Of a DNA stretch of 64,000 bases, positions 49,226 to 60,742 are shown piece by piece. This DNA comes from Chiloscyllium plagiosum. Lineage: Eukaryota. The position numbers and the translations under genes are program-made. Every line of letters begins with the position of its first letter. The first letter of the stretch is position 1. A model generated the notes under the pieces. The model saw nothing but the letters and a program-made list of their open reading frames with translations. It had not been told where the DNA came from and did not search any database. The stretch covers positions 1,897,305-1,961,304 of the forward strand of contig NC_057751.1 of assembly GCF_004010195.1 (NCBI RefSeq), given 5' to 3'.

Positions 49226-50249
49226 TCACTGTGCCCATTTTAACATCCTCCACACCTTTACTCTCACTGTTTCAAATCCTGAATCCACCTCTCTAACCTG
49301 CCTCTGTTAATCTGGACTTCAAGAAGCAACAAAATTAGCAAGGTTTCATCTGAGCTGTATGAGTCCACATTCAGACAGCAATCGTGAATGCACAATGTCG
49401 GTTGCGCAGAACAATGAAAAATTAAAGGAAAGATTTGATTGCTTCTCTTTTAGTGGGCACAATGATTGTGGGAGAAATTATAAATTGCTAATTTTTATGA
49501 CTTTTTTTGTTCAATGTGCGATGCTTGATCATATGAGTGTGTTCATTTTAAATGCACACTGTCCTCGATTCGTCTGGGTGTAAACTCAGAGAAAAGTTAT
49601 CAAGCTGTTGAAACAGTTGAAGCTAAAGAATTTCAGCTCACCTTTTCCTTCTGAAGCTGCTGCTAGTCACTTCTGATGATGCTGTGTGCCAAAGACTTAT
49701 CAATTCTTTGTAAAGTGATGAGATCAAAACTTCAGCATAGTTTCTATCATACCTGCCTCAGCTCTTCTAAAACATTTAATGGATTTGGTGCCGAGGAGGA
49801 AATTGTCTATTTCTCACCTCAAGCCTCCAACCTCTGTCTCTTTCTTAAGTATATCTTTCTGTGGATCTCATGCAGTTTGCCCTATCTTTCACCATTTTGT
49901 GAAGTAGGATATTCACAGTCGTCTTTCTCTTTCTCTCTCCTTCAGGCTCCAAATACAGGTAGTTCTTCTGCAATGTAATGGGTGCAACCCCATGTTATAG
50001 AAAGATCGTGCCTTAGGAACAGCACTTGAAATTTTGGCGATGTAAACCACCTTACAAAAACTTGTGCTTCAGAACCGATGCCCCCAATCATCAATCGTGT
50101 TATAGTGAATGAACGTTACAGCAGAATGACCTGTACTTGAAGCATTTTCTTGCTGCATGATTCCATGCTGTTAAGCTCTCTCCTTGGAAATTCTCCAACT
50201 TCAACTGACTTCCTGATAGCATCCCAAGCCTGCCAAATTCTACACTTGG

Positions 50250-50441
50250 AATTCAAGCAGCATCCGAGGAACTTCGAAATCGACGTTTCGGGCAAAAGCC
50301 CTTCATTTATTCCTGATGAAGGGCTTTTGCCCAAAACGTCGATTTCGAAGCTCCTCGGATGCTGCCTGAATTGCTGTGCTCTTCCAGCACCATTAATCCA
50401 GAATCTGGTTTCCAGCATCTGCAGTCATTGTTTTACCTCCT
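50250..50441. mobile_element. Palindromic Penelope-like mini-element with 15-bp TSD
   Basis: Inverted arms around ~50310; TSD AAATTCTACACTTGG at 50235-50249 and 50442-50456. Confidence 0.9.
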
Positions 50442-51296
50442 AAATTCTACACTTGGTCAGCCTTCCCTCTCTCTTTCTTTTCTACAAGCTTCAGGTTTTA
50501 ATATCTGAAGCTTTGAGTTGGCTGATCACTGCTTTCCAGTTGAGCTTTTATTACTTTGGACTAAATCTCCCTGGCCTTTAATTTTGGCTCATCTTTAAAA
50601 AGCACAGTGACCATTTTAGATCACATCAATTTTGGTGAATAGGTATTGTGTACAAGCAGCTTTGAGACATAAATATGCGACTGCATATTTATTGTTGTAA
50701 GATTCAAATATAGTCTGACAGACATTAAACACACAACAAAAATAACTTCAACCAAATTAGTTCTAGATTGTCACACAGGTAGCATCCTGGCTTTGTACTG
50801 TTTCCTTGAATCTTAAATAAGTTATGCTTGTGTTAAATCAGTGATAGAACAGAAACCAGAATTTTACATTATAAATTTATTATACAAAGTCTGGCGCTGT
50901 GTGCATGTCTGTCACAGTCCACTGAACAGATCTGAAATTAATGGAAAGAAAATCACATGAGCTTCATCACAGGCATTGCTCTTCTCGATCCTAGATCATG
51001 GATTCGATCTCCACTTCAGAATGTTGAGCACATAATGAAAGTAGCATTCTCTGAGTGAGTGCTGTCCGACTACAGGACACTCAGTTAAATACAATCCTAT
51101 TAATCCCAACAGCTGCCCTTTATAATACTCACATGATTAAGAATTCCATTCCTTATCCAAGGGAGTCAGTTTAACTTATGCTTCAATTCCTGGTCTTGAG
51201 AATCTGACAGCCTCTTTGTTGAGTATATATACGATTATGCTCAGATTTTCTCAGTTTAAAAAAAAACCTTTCAGGGGTTTAACCAAACACTTATCA

Positions 51297-51443
51297 TTGA
51301 ATCCCTACAGTGTGGAAACAGGCCAATCAACAGGCCCACCAAGTCCACACCAACCGTCCAAAGAGTAACCCACCTAGACCCACTTCCCTACCCTATTACT
51401 TTACATTTACTCCTTACTAATACACCGAATCTCCACATCCCTG
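51297..51443 (-). mobile_element. HE1-type SINE 3' fragment
   Basis: CCCTACAGTGTGGAAACAGGCC...CAAGTCCACACC is the reverse complement of the HE1 tail. Confidence 0.75.
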
Positions 51444-53189
51444 GATGTGTCATGGCCTGGAACTTTCAAACGAAATTGCTTACACTGAAGTAAACTATTT
51501 CTGAGCAGTTTCTTTGAATTAGCAAGCCAAAAGTATCTCTTTTCTTCAGGAGAAAAATGTACTGCTACAAACCAAAACCAAAAGACTAAACTGTTTATGG
51601 GCTTATCATGAAGCCAAAAGTCTTAATTCAAACAGAAGCCAATACACTAAAGTGTTTACTTTGTTTGCTTCCAAAGATTCTCCCCATCTAAACAAATTCT
51701 TATCAGCCTCCAATAACTTTAGCTCACATTTTTAAAAAAATGAATCATGGCTTTAGAAAATCTTACAATTTGATCATTAAAACCCTTCACAGTCACAGAC
51801 CAAAATCCACATTCTATTTGTTCAAAATCCAAACTCTAAAGTAAATGACAATAAAATATATATGCTGCACAACTTATATCACAACAGGTTCTATTAAATC
51901 CAATGTTCCTCTGCTTCCCTTCCATTTATTTGCCCCTTCATATTTCACTCAGTTCATGGATTTGAAGATAGCATATTTAATCGAACAATTCCCCATTGTC
52001 TGCCTGGGTTACACCAAAGAAGCTAATCATACTTTGAGATCTGTTTCCCTTTAAAATGCTCCATTCCTCCAGTGAACATACATTTGGAAAACTGAGTGTA
52101 AAAAGTTGCACAGATGTTGTACTCCCTTGGGTATAGAAGACCAAGCAATTTCTATTGAGGAAAGCATTTGCTTTGATAGTGGGGAAAGTGCATTCATGGA
52201 TATGGAACCAAGGCAGGCAGATTGGGTTTGGGTACAGATCAACAGACGTCTCCTTGAGTGACCCAAGGGCAAGAATAGCCTTGTCCTCATATTTCTGAAG
52301 CTAGCTTGAATTTCTCTTCAGCCAATTGTGTCTATTCATCAAACCTTGTGAAAACAAATCTTGCTGTTGCAATGTTTGCATGAATGTGTGGACTATTAAG
52401 TAATATATAGGAATTAAGAACTTCTTATTCTGTCTGTGAATCAAAATAAATAATTAAAACCATTAGCTTTCTCCAAGTACTCTGCAAAGCTTCGACTATA
52501 TTGAATAAATATTGAAAGAGACATTTATTCACAGGACTGCTGCTTGAACTAATTCTTAAGGGTATTTGCTTTTTCTTCAGCTGATTATCAAATGGTGTTT
52601 GATAAAGATAATTGATTTTCTTTTCGTCCGCTGTTGCTTTGGTCAGTGTCAAATCTAGGCGCTTTTGGCTCAAGGGTAATTTGCCATAATTTTGCTGCTT
52701 GGCACACGAACTGTGACTGAAATGTCGTGTGAATTTCTGCTACTTTGGCAGGGATTATCAATGGGTAGGAGGCAGTCTGAACACTGTGGTCCTTCCCATC
52801 CCATTTCTCTCTCCGCGTTGCAGCCAGGAGACTTTGAAAGTTTCAGATAATAAGAGTAAAGTCCCTCCTGCTTGATACTTCTGAAACAAACAAAAGAGAT
52901 TTTTGACAGCTGTTTGAACAGATACTGTTCAATGTACCATCAACTGTTTAAGAGTGAGCATTGAATTTCAGGCACCTTTTCTTTTCAAAATGTACAACTG
53001 TGGATTTGTTGCAATTGTGGACAGTGAAGGGAAATGATAGTTCATTGTATTGAAGAGTTAAAATACAAGGCACAAGGGTAATTTAGGAGAGAACTGAGTA
53101 GAGCACTTTCACACAAAAACCTTGGAGTAATCTGCCAGGGAAAGTCAATGTGAAGCATAATTGTGTTTAGGAGCTGACATAATGTGTTA

Positions 53190-53830
53190 CTGGAAAGGCT
53201 TGGGCAGGGATAAGTGAATGTAATATGGGAAAGATTGGAGAGGTGGGGATTGATGAATTTGGGGAGGTAGGTAAGATTGAGAGATTTGGGACAGCATGAA
53301 ATAGATGGGATTGAGGGAGAGGTGGACAAGGTGCGCATGTGGCCAGACATGTTTAAGAGCTATGAGGTGATAGTGAGAAGGCATGTGAGGGTTAGGAGAG
53401 GATGGGTGAATGGGATTGAGAGTTATGGGGAAAAGATGGGTGGGTGGATTTGAGGAAGAGGAGCTCAAGGTGGGTCAGCAGTGACTGCAAGACATGTGAA
53501 GAAGTTGGGTAGGCATGGTTAAGGGATATGAGGTGAATCTGGGTAGGCATGTTTCGGGTTGTGGGGGAAGGGGGGTCAGTGGAATTGAGGAATATGGGGA
53601 CATGGAGAGTAGTGTGATTGAGGAAATTAGGGATAAGTTGGGTGGCTGGCATAAGGGATCAAAAGAAGTGAATTTGAGAGTTATGGGGGTATGGTTGAGG
53701 GATGCATGTGAGAGATACAGTGCCTGGGTAGGATTCAGACTGCTGATAAGAAAGTGGAGAAGCACAATTCAAGGAGGTGATGAGAAAGGGTGTTGAGACA
53801 GAGAGAAAATTAATTTGTTCAAGGAGGGAA
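53190..53830. repeat. G/A-rich, C-poor low-complexity tract
   Basis: Strong strand bias with GGGA/GAGG/GGCATG motifs; a similar tract lies at 60880-61120. Confidence 0.6.
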
Positions 53831-54429
53831 GAAAGCAACATTGAGGCAGGTGGTGTTTGTGATTGAGGTCAATGTCGGTCACTTGTGTTAATCTCTAAAA
53901 TAGACACATTGTTGTTGCATTTCGGAACATTTCAAATCTCTCAACTGTACTGTGGTCATACTTTACTCAATTGGGTGCATGAAATGTTGCCTTGTCTGAT
54001 CTCCAGAATGATGCATCACCATAGAACATGGTTTAAACCTTAAGCTCCCCGAAAACAAATAACCCAGTAAATGAGTGAGCGTGTTGGGTGTTTTGCTCAC
54101 TGCAACGTAATTTTAATCCCCAAAGCTCCAGTGCAGTCTTGCATTTGTGTAAATTGGTAACGATGATGAGAATGCTAGAACTATTGGTTACTCTCCATCT
54201 GTCACCAAGTAGAAGAAACTTAAATGACTTGGAAGATGCCTTTCTTGGATTTGAAAGAAAGCCTAGGATTAGAATATCACACAGCCTTTTCTCTCAGCAT
54301 ATTAATCTGTGTTTCCAACATTCTCTGCCCGAAATTTCTATGGTTTTAATCTTTTGTCAAATATTGTGCCTTTGCCTGAGGTGCTTTGTCCCAAACAAGC
54401 TTGATTTAAAATCTGTAAGAAAGAAAAAT

Positions 54430-54870
54430 AAAGATTTGCTGTCATATGGGATATTTCATAACCTGAAGACGAACCAAAGTACTGTTCAGCCAACCTTTGA
54501 AGCACAATTACGAATGTGAGGTGGGATATATTCTCTTTTGCCATTTGCAATTTGTCAGCAAAAATAATAATGTGATAATGACAATGTCATCTCCTTTTGT
54601 CATGTTGATTCAGGAATGAAATTTTTTGTGTGATCATTTCCATGCTTTTCTTGATGTGTCTTCAACCAATTGTGTCTGTTCATCAAACATTGTGATGGAA
54701 AGCAGAGGGGGCCCCAGAGTAGGTACAATATCTCTTCCAACTGACAGCATCTCCAAAAGTGTAGGAGTCCCTTAACGTTGTGCTGGACTGTCAGCCTGGA
54801 GTTTTGCACTACAGTTTCTGGAGTGGGATTGAAACCCAGAATCTTCAGACTCAAAAGCAAAAGTGATCCT
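54430..54870 (-). mobile_element. DeuSINE-type SINE
   Basis: AATGTGATAATGAC, GTCAGCCTGGA and GGAGTGGGATTGAAACCCAG motifs shared with the other copies. Confidence 0.6.
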
Positions 54871-54959
54871 CATTCAAACTTAACCAAGGATTATCATTTA
54901 AGACCGATAACTGTTACATCATGTGACACTGTAGAAAGACACTGGGCAGAATTGTACAG

Positions 54960-55663
54960 GGTCAAAAAATGTGGCACTGGAAAAGTACAGCAGGTCAGGC
55001 AGCATCCAAGGAGCATGAAAATCGATTTTTCGGGCATAAGCTCTTCATCAGGAATGTGGGGGGCCCAAGGAGTCTGAAAGATAAACGAGAGGGGAGTGGG
55101 GCTAGGATGGAAGGTAGCTTGGAAGGCGATAGGTAGATGAAGATGGGGGATGATGGTGATAGGTCAGTATGGAGGGTGGTTCAATGAAGAGTACTTTGGT
55201 AGGTCTTCAGGCTATGAAATATCCCATATGATTGCAAATCTTTATTTTTCTTTCTTACACAATTTAAATCAAGCTTGTTTGGACAAAGCACCTCAGGCAA
55301 AGGCACAATATTTGACAAAAGATTAAAACTGTTGAAATTTCAGGTGGAGAATGTTGGAAACACACAGTAGGTTACTTTACAGATAAATATACTGAGAGAG
55401 AAGGGCACCCTCCACACCAACCTATCACCGTCACCCCCCCCACCTTCATCTACCTATTACATTCCAAGCTACCTTCCCCGCCCAGCCCCACTCCCCTCCC
55501 ATTTATCTTTCAGTCTCATTGGGCCTCTCTCACATTCCTCATGAAGGGCTTATGCCCGAAACCTTGACTCTCCTGCTCCTCAGATGCTGCCTGACTGGCT
55601 GTGTTTTTCTAATGCCAGACTTTTTGACTCGGATCTCCAGCATCTGCAGTCCTCACTTTCTCC
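54960..55663. mobile_element. Palindromic Penelope-like element with captured genomic insert
   Basis: Arms 54960-55180 and 55407-55630 are inverted; centre 55185-55406 is an inverted copy of 54284-54488. Confidence 0.88.
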
Positions 55664-55950
55664 CAGCACAGCACCAGGGTACCAGATTCGATTCCAGCCT
55701 CGGGTCTGTGTGGAGTCTGTGTGGAGTTCACACATTCTCCCTGTGTCTGCGTGGGTTTCCTCCGGGTGCTCCGGTTTCCTCCCACAGTCCAAAATGTGCA
55801 GATCAGGCGAATTGGCCACGCTAAATTGCCCCATAGTGTTAGGTCAATTAGTCAGAGGGAAATGGGTCTGGGTGGGTCACTCTTCGGAGGGTCAGTGTGG
55901 ACTGGTTGGGCCGAAGGGCCTGTTTCCACGCTGTAGGGAATCTAATCTTA
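55664..55950 (+). mobile_element. HE1-type SINE lacking its first ~30 nt
   Basis: Body similar to 45820-46104; GAATCTAATCT tail. Confidence 0.88.
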
Positions 55951-56739
55951 AATTGTATAGAGGTCTGAGCTATGGTGCTATGGTGAGATTTGTGGCAAGT
56001 ATGAGGTCCATCTTGACTTTAAGAGCACCTTGTTCAATCTTTTAAGTTTATGCCAAGCAGTGAGTTTCTTACCAGGTAATGGCGAATTGCCGATTAGGGG
56101 AGATTATAGCTTGTTAAATGCTGCAATCCACCTTATTAATATTCACCCATCTTAGCAAATGCACCAAACAAGCTGGACATTGAGAATTCTCGACATTGAA
56201 GTCAGAGTGAGTATTTGGCAAATTCAGTTTGCTGCTGGCTGATCAGCCTCCATTTTGGACCAGTCAGTGATATTTCAGGCCAAGCTCCATCAGCACTGTC
56301 CACATGCACCCCATGTCCAAGGACATTGAGATCTGACATGTATCAGCCTCTAACAGCCCTCACTGCACTTTTCCGATCCATTCACAGGATGTTTCTGCAC
56401 TTCAACGCTGTACCTTAGCAACTGTTATTGTTGTGCTACAGCAAGGATACTGTGCTGTCAGGGTCACACACCAGCTGACGGACTGGAGCAGCTGATAAAT
56501 CCAGGCTCTTTGCTCACTACTCACTTACTTACTCACTCACTCTTGAGCCCAACTGGATGCTCACAGCATCTCTGCCTTCCATTGTCTTGTCTTGTATTTT
56601 TGCACTTTGCCCCCTCAGCCAGAGCTACCAGGCTGTATTACGCCTGTCTTTCTTTATCATTTGGTGCACCCACAAAGCCAGGAGGTTTGTTATGGTAGAC
56701 AGCTGACCTTGATCTTATAAAGGAGGCAAAATGTGGAAA

Positions 56740-58148
56740 ATTACAGACCAATTACTGTAACATCCCTTGTTGGCAAAGCATTAGAATCAAATACCAATCA
56801 GGACATTAAGGGGCAACTTTTTCACGCATAGGATAGTGCATGCATGGAATGAACTGCCTGATGAAGTGGTAGAGGCTGGTACAATGACAACATTTAAAAG
56901 GCATCTGGGTGAGTACATGAATAGGAAGAATTGAGAGAAATATGGGCAAATGCTGGCAAATGCAACTAGATTAGTCTAGCATATCTGGTCAGCAAGGACG
57001 AGTTGGACCGAAGGGTCTGTTTCCGTGTTGTACATCCTTATGACTCCATGACGAATTTGTTTGATGAATTTACTGGAGTTTTTTTGAATATGTAACAAGC
57101 AGGTGGATAATGGGAATGCTGTTGATATAATTTATCTGGATTTCCTGAAGGCATTTGATAAGGTGCACAAAAGGTTAATTCACAAGGTTGGATCATATGC
57201 AATTAAGGGTAATTTATTGGCCTGGATAGATGACAGGCTGATGGACAGGAGACAGAGAGTCGGCATAAATGGTTTTTTTCTGGATGGCAATGTGTAACTA
57301 GTGGGGTGCCACAGGGTTCGGTCCTTGGACGCCTGATATTTACAATCTACATTCACGAATTGGATACAGGGACATTTGGATACAGCCAAATTTGTGGAGG
57401 ACACATAAATAGGTGGGACGGTAAATTGCAATCAGGAAATAAGAACCTTACAACTGGAAATAGACAGGTGAGGAGAGTGGGCCAACACATGGTAGATAGA
57501 GTTTAACACTGATAAGTGTGAGGTCATACATTTGAGTTGAAAAAATGGGAATGTAACTTATTATCTTAATGAGGAGAAACTCTGGGGTACTCCAGTGCAG
57601 AGGGACCTAGGTGTACTTATTCCTGAGTCACAGAAAATGAGCATGCAGGTACAGCAAATAATAAGGAAAGCAAATAGAAAGTTGGCTTTTATAGCTAAAG
57701 GAATAGAATATAAAGGTAAGGAAGTATTATTGCAACTATACACGGTATTGGTGAGACTGCACCTGGAGTACTGTGCACAGTTTTGATCCCATTATTTGAG
57801 GAAACATAGATTGCTCTCAGACATGAGGGATGTGACATATGAAGAGAGATTGAATAGTTTAGGCCTATGCTGTCTGGAATGAAGAAGAATGAGGGGAGAT
57901 AAAAATGAGGTATTCAAGATGATAAGAGGTGTGGATAAAATAGACGTGGAGCAGATGCTTCCTCTTATGGGGCATTCGAGGACCAGAGGTCATAGTTTTA
58001 GCAAAAGAGGTAGCAAATTTAAAACAGAGTTGAGGAGAAACTGCTTCTCCCAAAGCGTTGTGAATCTGTGAAATTCACTGCCCCAAAGTGCAGTGGATGC
58101 TGGGACAGTGAGTAAATTTAAGGAGGAGGTAGACAAATTTTTAATAGT
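56740..58148 (+). mobile_element. Older CR1 RT region
   Basis: [42 protein letters not shown]. Confidence 0.88.
56800..57050 (+). mobile_element. Short CR1 3' end nested in the older CR1
   Basis: GNFFTHRIVHAWNELP plus TATGACTCCATGAC tail inside RT sequence. Confidence 0.85.
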
Positions 58149-58149
58149 G

Positions 58150-60742
58150 TGTCAGGCAGCATCTCTGGACAAAAAGCAAGCTAACATTTTGAGTCTGGAT
58201 GACTCTTTATCAGAGCTGACTTGAAGGGTGGAGGTGAAGGCATTTATGTGATAGTGGGGGCAAGGGGTAGAATGCTGAGGGTGAAAGGATGGAGATAGTT
58301 CAAATTAAGTGATTGGAATGTGAGAATGACACAACAATGGTGTGTCTAACTGCCAGACTGGGAAGGACAGACAGTCCCACTCAGTGGTAGGAGGGGAGAG
58401 AGGACATGGTTACAGAGATTGTCACAAGTAGAGCTAAAAAAAGGGAAGGAAGGGAGTGGATTCACAATTTGAAGGTGTTGAACTCAATATTAAGCCCAGA
58501 AGATTGTAAAGTGCCTAGTCTGAAGATGAGATGTCGTTCCTCCAGTTTTAAGCTGTGATTCTCTGGAGCACTACAGCATGCCAAGGACAGACAAGTGGGA
58601 ATGTGAGCAGGATGCTGTGTTAAAATGTCCGGCTACGAGAAGGTTGGGGCCATACTGGCGCATGCACTAGAGGTGTTCTGCAAAGCAGTCATCCGATCTG
58701 CATTTTTCCAAACGCAGACTGGTGACCGCTTTGCAAAACACCAATGGTTCGTGTGCAAGTATGACCCTGACTTTCCTGTAGCCGGTCAATTTAATACAGC
58801 ATTCTGCTCACATGCCCACTTGTCTGTCCTTGGCATGCTGTAGTGCTGCAGAGAATCACAGTGTAAAACTGGAGGAATAACATCTCATAGAGTCATAGAG
58901 TGCTACAGCACGGAGACAGGCCCTTTGGCCCAAACTGGTCCACACCGACCAAAATGTCCATTCACGCTAATACTGTTTCCCTGCACTTGGCCCATATTTG
59001 TCCAAATGCCTTTCAAATGTTGTTAATGTACCCGCTTCAACCACTTCTGCTGGCAACTCATTCCATATGCATATCACCCTCTGTGTAAAAAATGGTGCCC
59101 TTCAGGTTCCCTTTTATTCTTTCCCCTCTCACCTTAAACTGATGCTGGCTAGTCCTCGATTCCCCAACTCTGGGAAAAAGACCGAGTGCACTCACCACAT
59201 CCATGTCTCTCATGATCTGAAACACTTCTGTAAGATCTCCCCCCTCGGTCTCATACACTTTAGAGAGAAAAGTCCTCACTTGTCCACCTCTCTCTGTAAC
59301 TCAGACCCTTGAGTTCAGGCAACATCCTTGTAAATTGCTTTTGCATTCTTTCCTGTTTAATATCATTCTTCCTGTAGCAAGGTGAAAAAAACTGAGCACA
59401 ATACTCCAAGTGCAGCCTCACCAATGTCCTGTATAACAGCAACATAACTTCCCAACTTCTACACTCAATGCCTTGGCTGATGAAGGCCAGTGTGCCAAAA
59501 GCCTTCTCCACTGCCCTACCTGTGACTCCACTTTCAGAGAACTGTGAACCTAAACTTCAAGACCCCTCTCTTTCACTGCACTCCTTAAGGCCCTATCATT
59601 CACCATGAAACTCTGATCATGATCTGACTTTGCAAAATGCAACATGTCACACTTCTCTATATTAAACTCCTTTTGTCATTTCTTGGCCCACTTCCCCAGC
59701 TGATTAAGGTCCTGCTGCAATTTCTGATCACCTTTCTCACTGTCCACAATGCCCCTATTTTAGTGTCATCTGGAAACTTACTAATCATGCCTTGTACATT
59801 CTCATCCAAACCATTGATATAGATAACAAACAGCAATGGGCCCAGCACTGACTCAAAACACTCCACTAGTCACAGGCCCCCAGTCCAACAAGCATCCTTC
59901 CCCATTACCCTCTGCTTCCTACCATCAAGCCAATTATGTATCCAATTGGCCAGCTCACTCTGGATTCCATGCAATTCTATATTCCAGAGAAGCCTAACGT
60001 ATGGAACCTTCTCAAAGGCCTTGCTGAAATCCATAGAGACTATGTCCACAGCTCTGCCCTCATCAACCTTCCTGGTCACTTCATCAAAGAACTCTAACAA
60101 ATTTGTGAGACATGATCTCGCATGCATAAAGCTATGCTGACTACTTTGAATCAAATCCTGCCTTTCCTAATGTATGTATAACTTACTTCTCACAATCTCC
60201 TCAAGTAACTTACCTACCACAGATGTTTGGCTTACTGGTTGATAATTCCCAGGATTTTCTTTGCAGCCCTTGAATAATGGCATAACAGTTGCCCCCCTCC
60301 AAGTCTTCCCGGACTTCACCAGTGGCTTACAATGATGCCAAAGATTTATCTTTAGATAAGGCAGTTTCCAATCTTCTGGACTTATTATTGAGTTCACATC
60401 TTCAAATTGTGAATCCACTCCCTTTCCTTCCCTTTCTTTTAACTTTACTGTACTTGCTATATCCTCTCTCCCCTTCCCCCACCCCAGTAGGACTATCTGT
60501 TCTTTCCAGTCTGACAGTTTAACACACTATTGTTCTGCCATTCTCACAGTCCAATCACTTAATCTCCCAGCCCAACTACTGCATTAATGCTTCCCTCTCC
60601 ATATTTCACATCAACTCTGATGAAGAGTCATCTACACTTGAAATGTTAGCTTGCGTTCTCTCCATGAATGCCGCCTGACCTGTTGTGATCTCCAGCATTT
60701 TTTATTTTCAGTAGAAATTCCAGTATCTGCAGTAATTTGGTC
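58150..60742. mobile_element. Long palindromic Penelope-like element split by a CR1
   Basis: Left arm 58150-58700 is the reverse complement of 58710-58888 plus 60348-60680; hammerhead remnants at ~58180-58215 (-) and ~60614-60650 (+). Confidence 0.8.
58889..60347 (-). mobile_element. 5'-truncated CR1 LINE
   Basis: CATAGAGTCATAGAG tail; minus-strand RSCLTNLLEFF, MDFSKAF, SVLGPLLF, KFPDDTK. Confidence 0.93.

Noticed and set aside
55201..55235. CAG-GCTATGAAATATCCCATATGA as possible GFRA exon 3 (SPYE-like)
   Set aside because: Part of the inverted duplicate of a SINE tail; does not encode the expected motif; no exon 3 identified in the window
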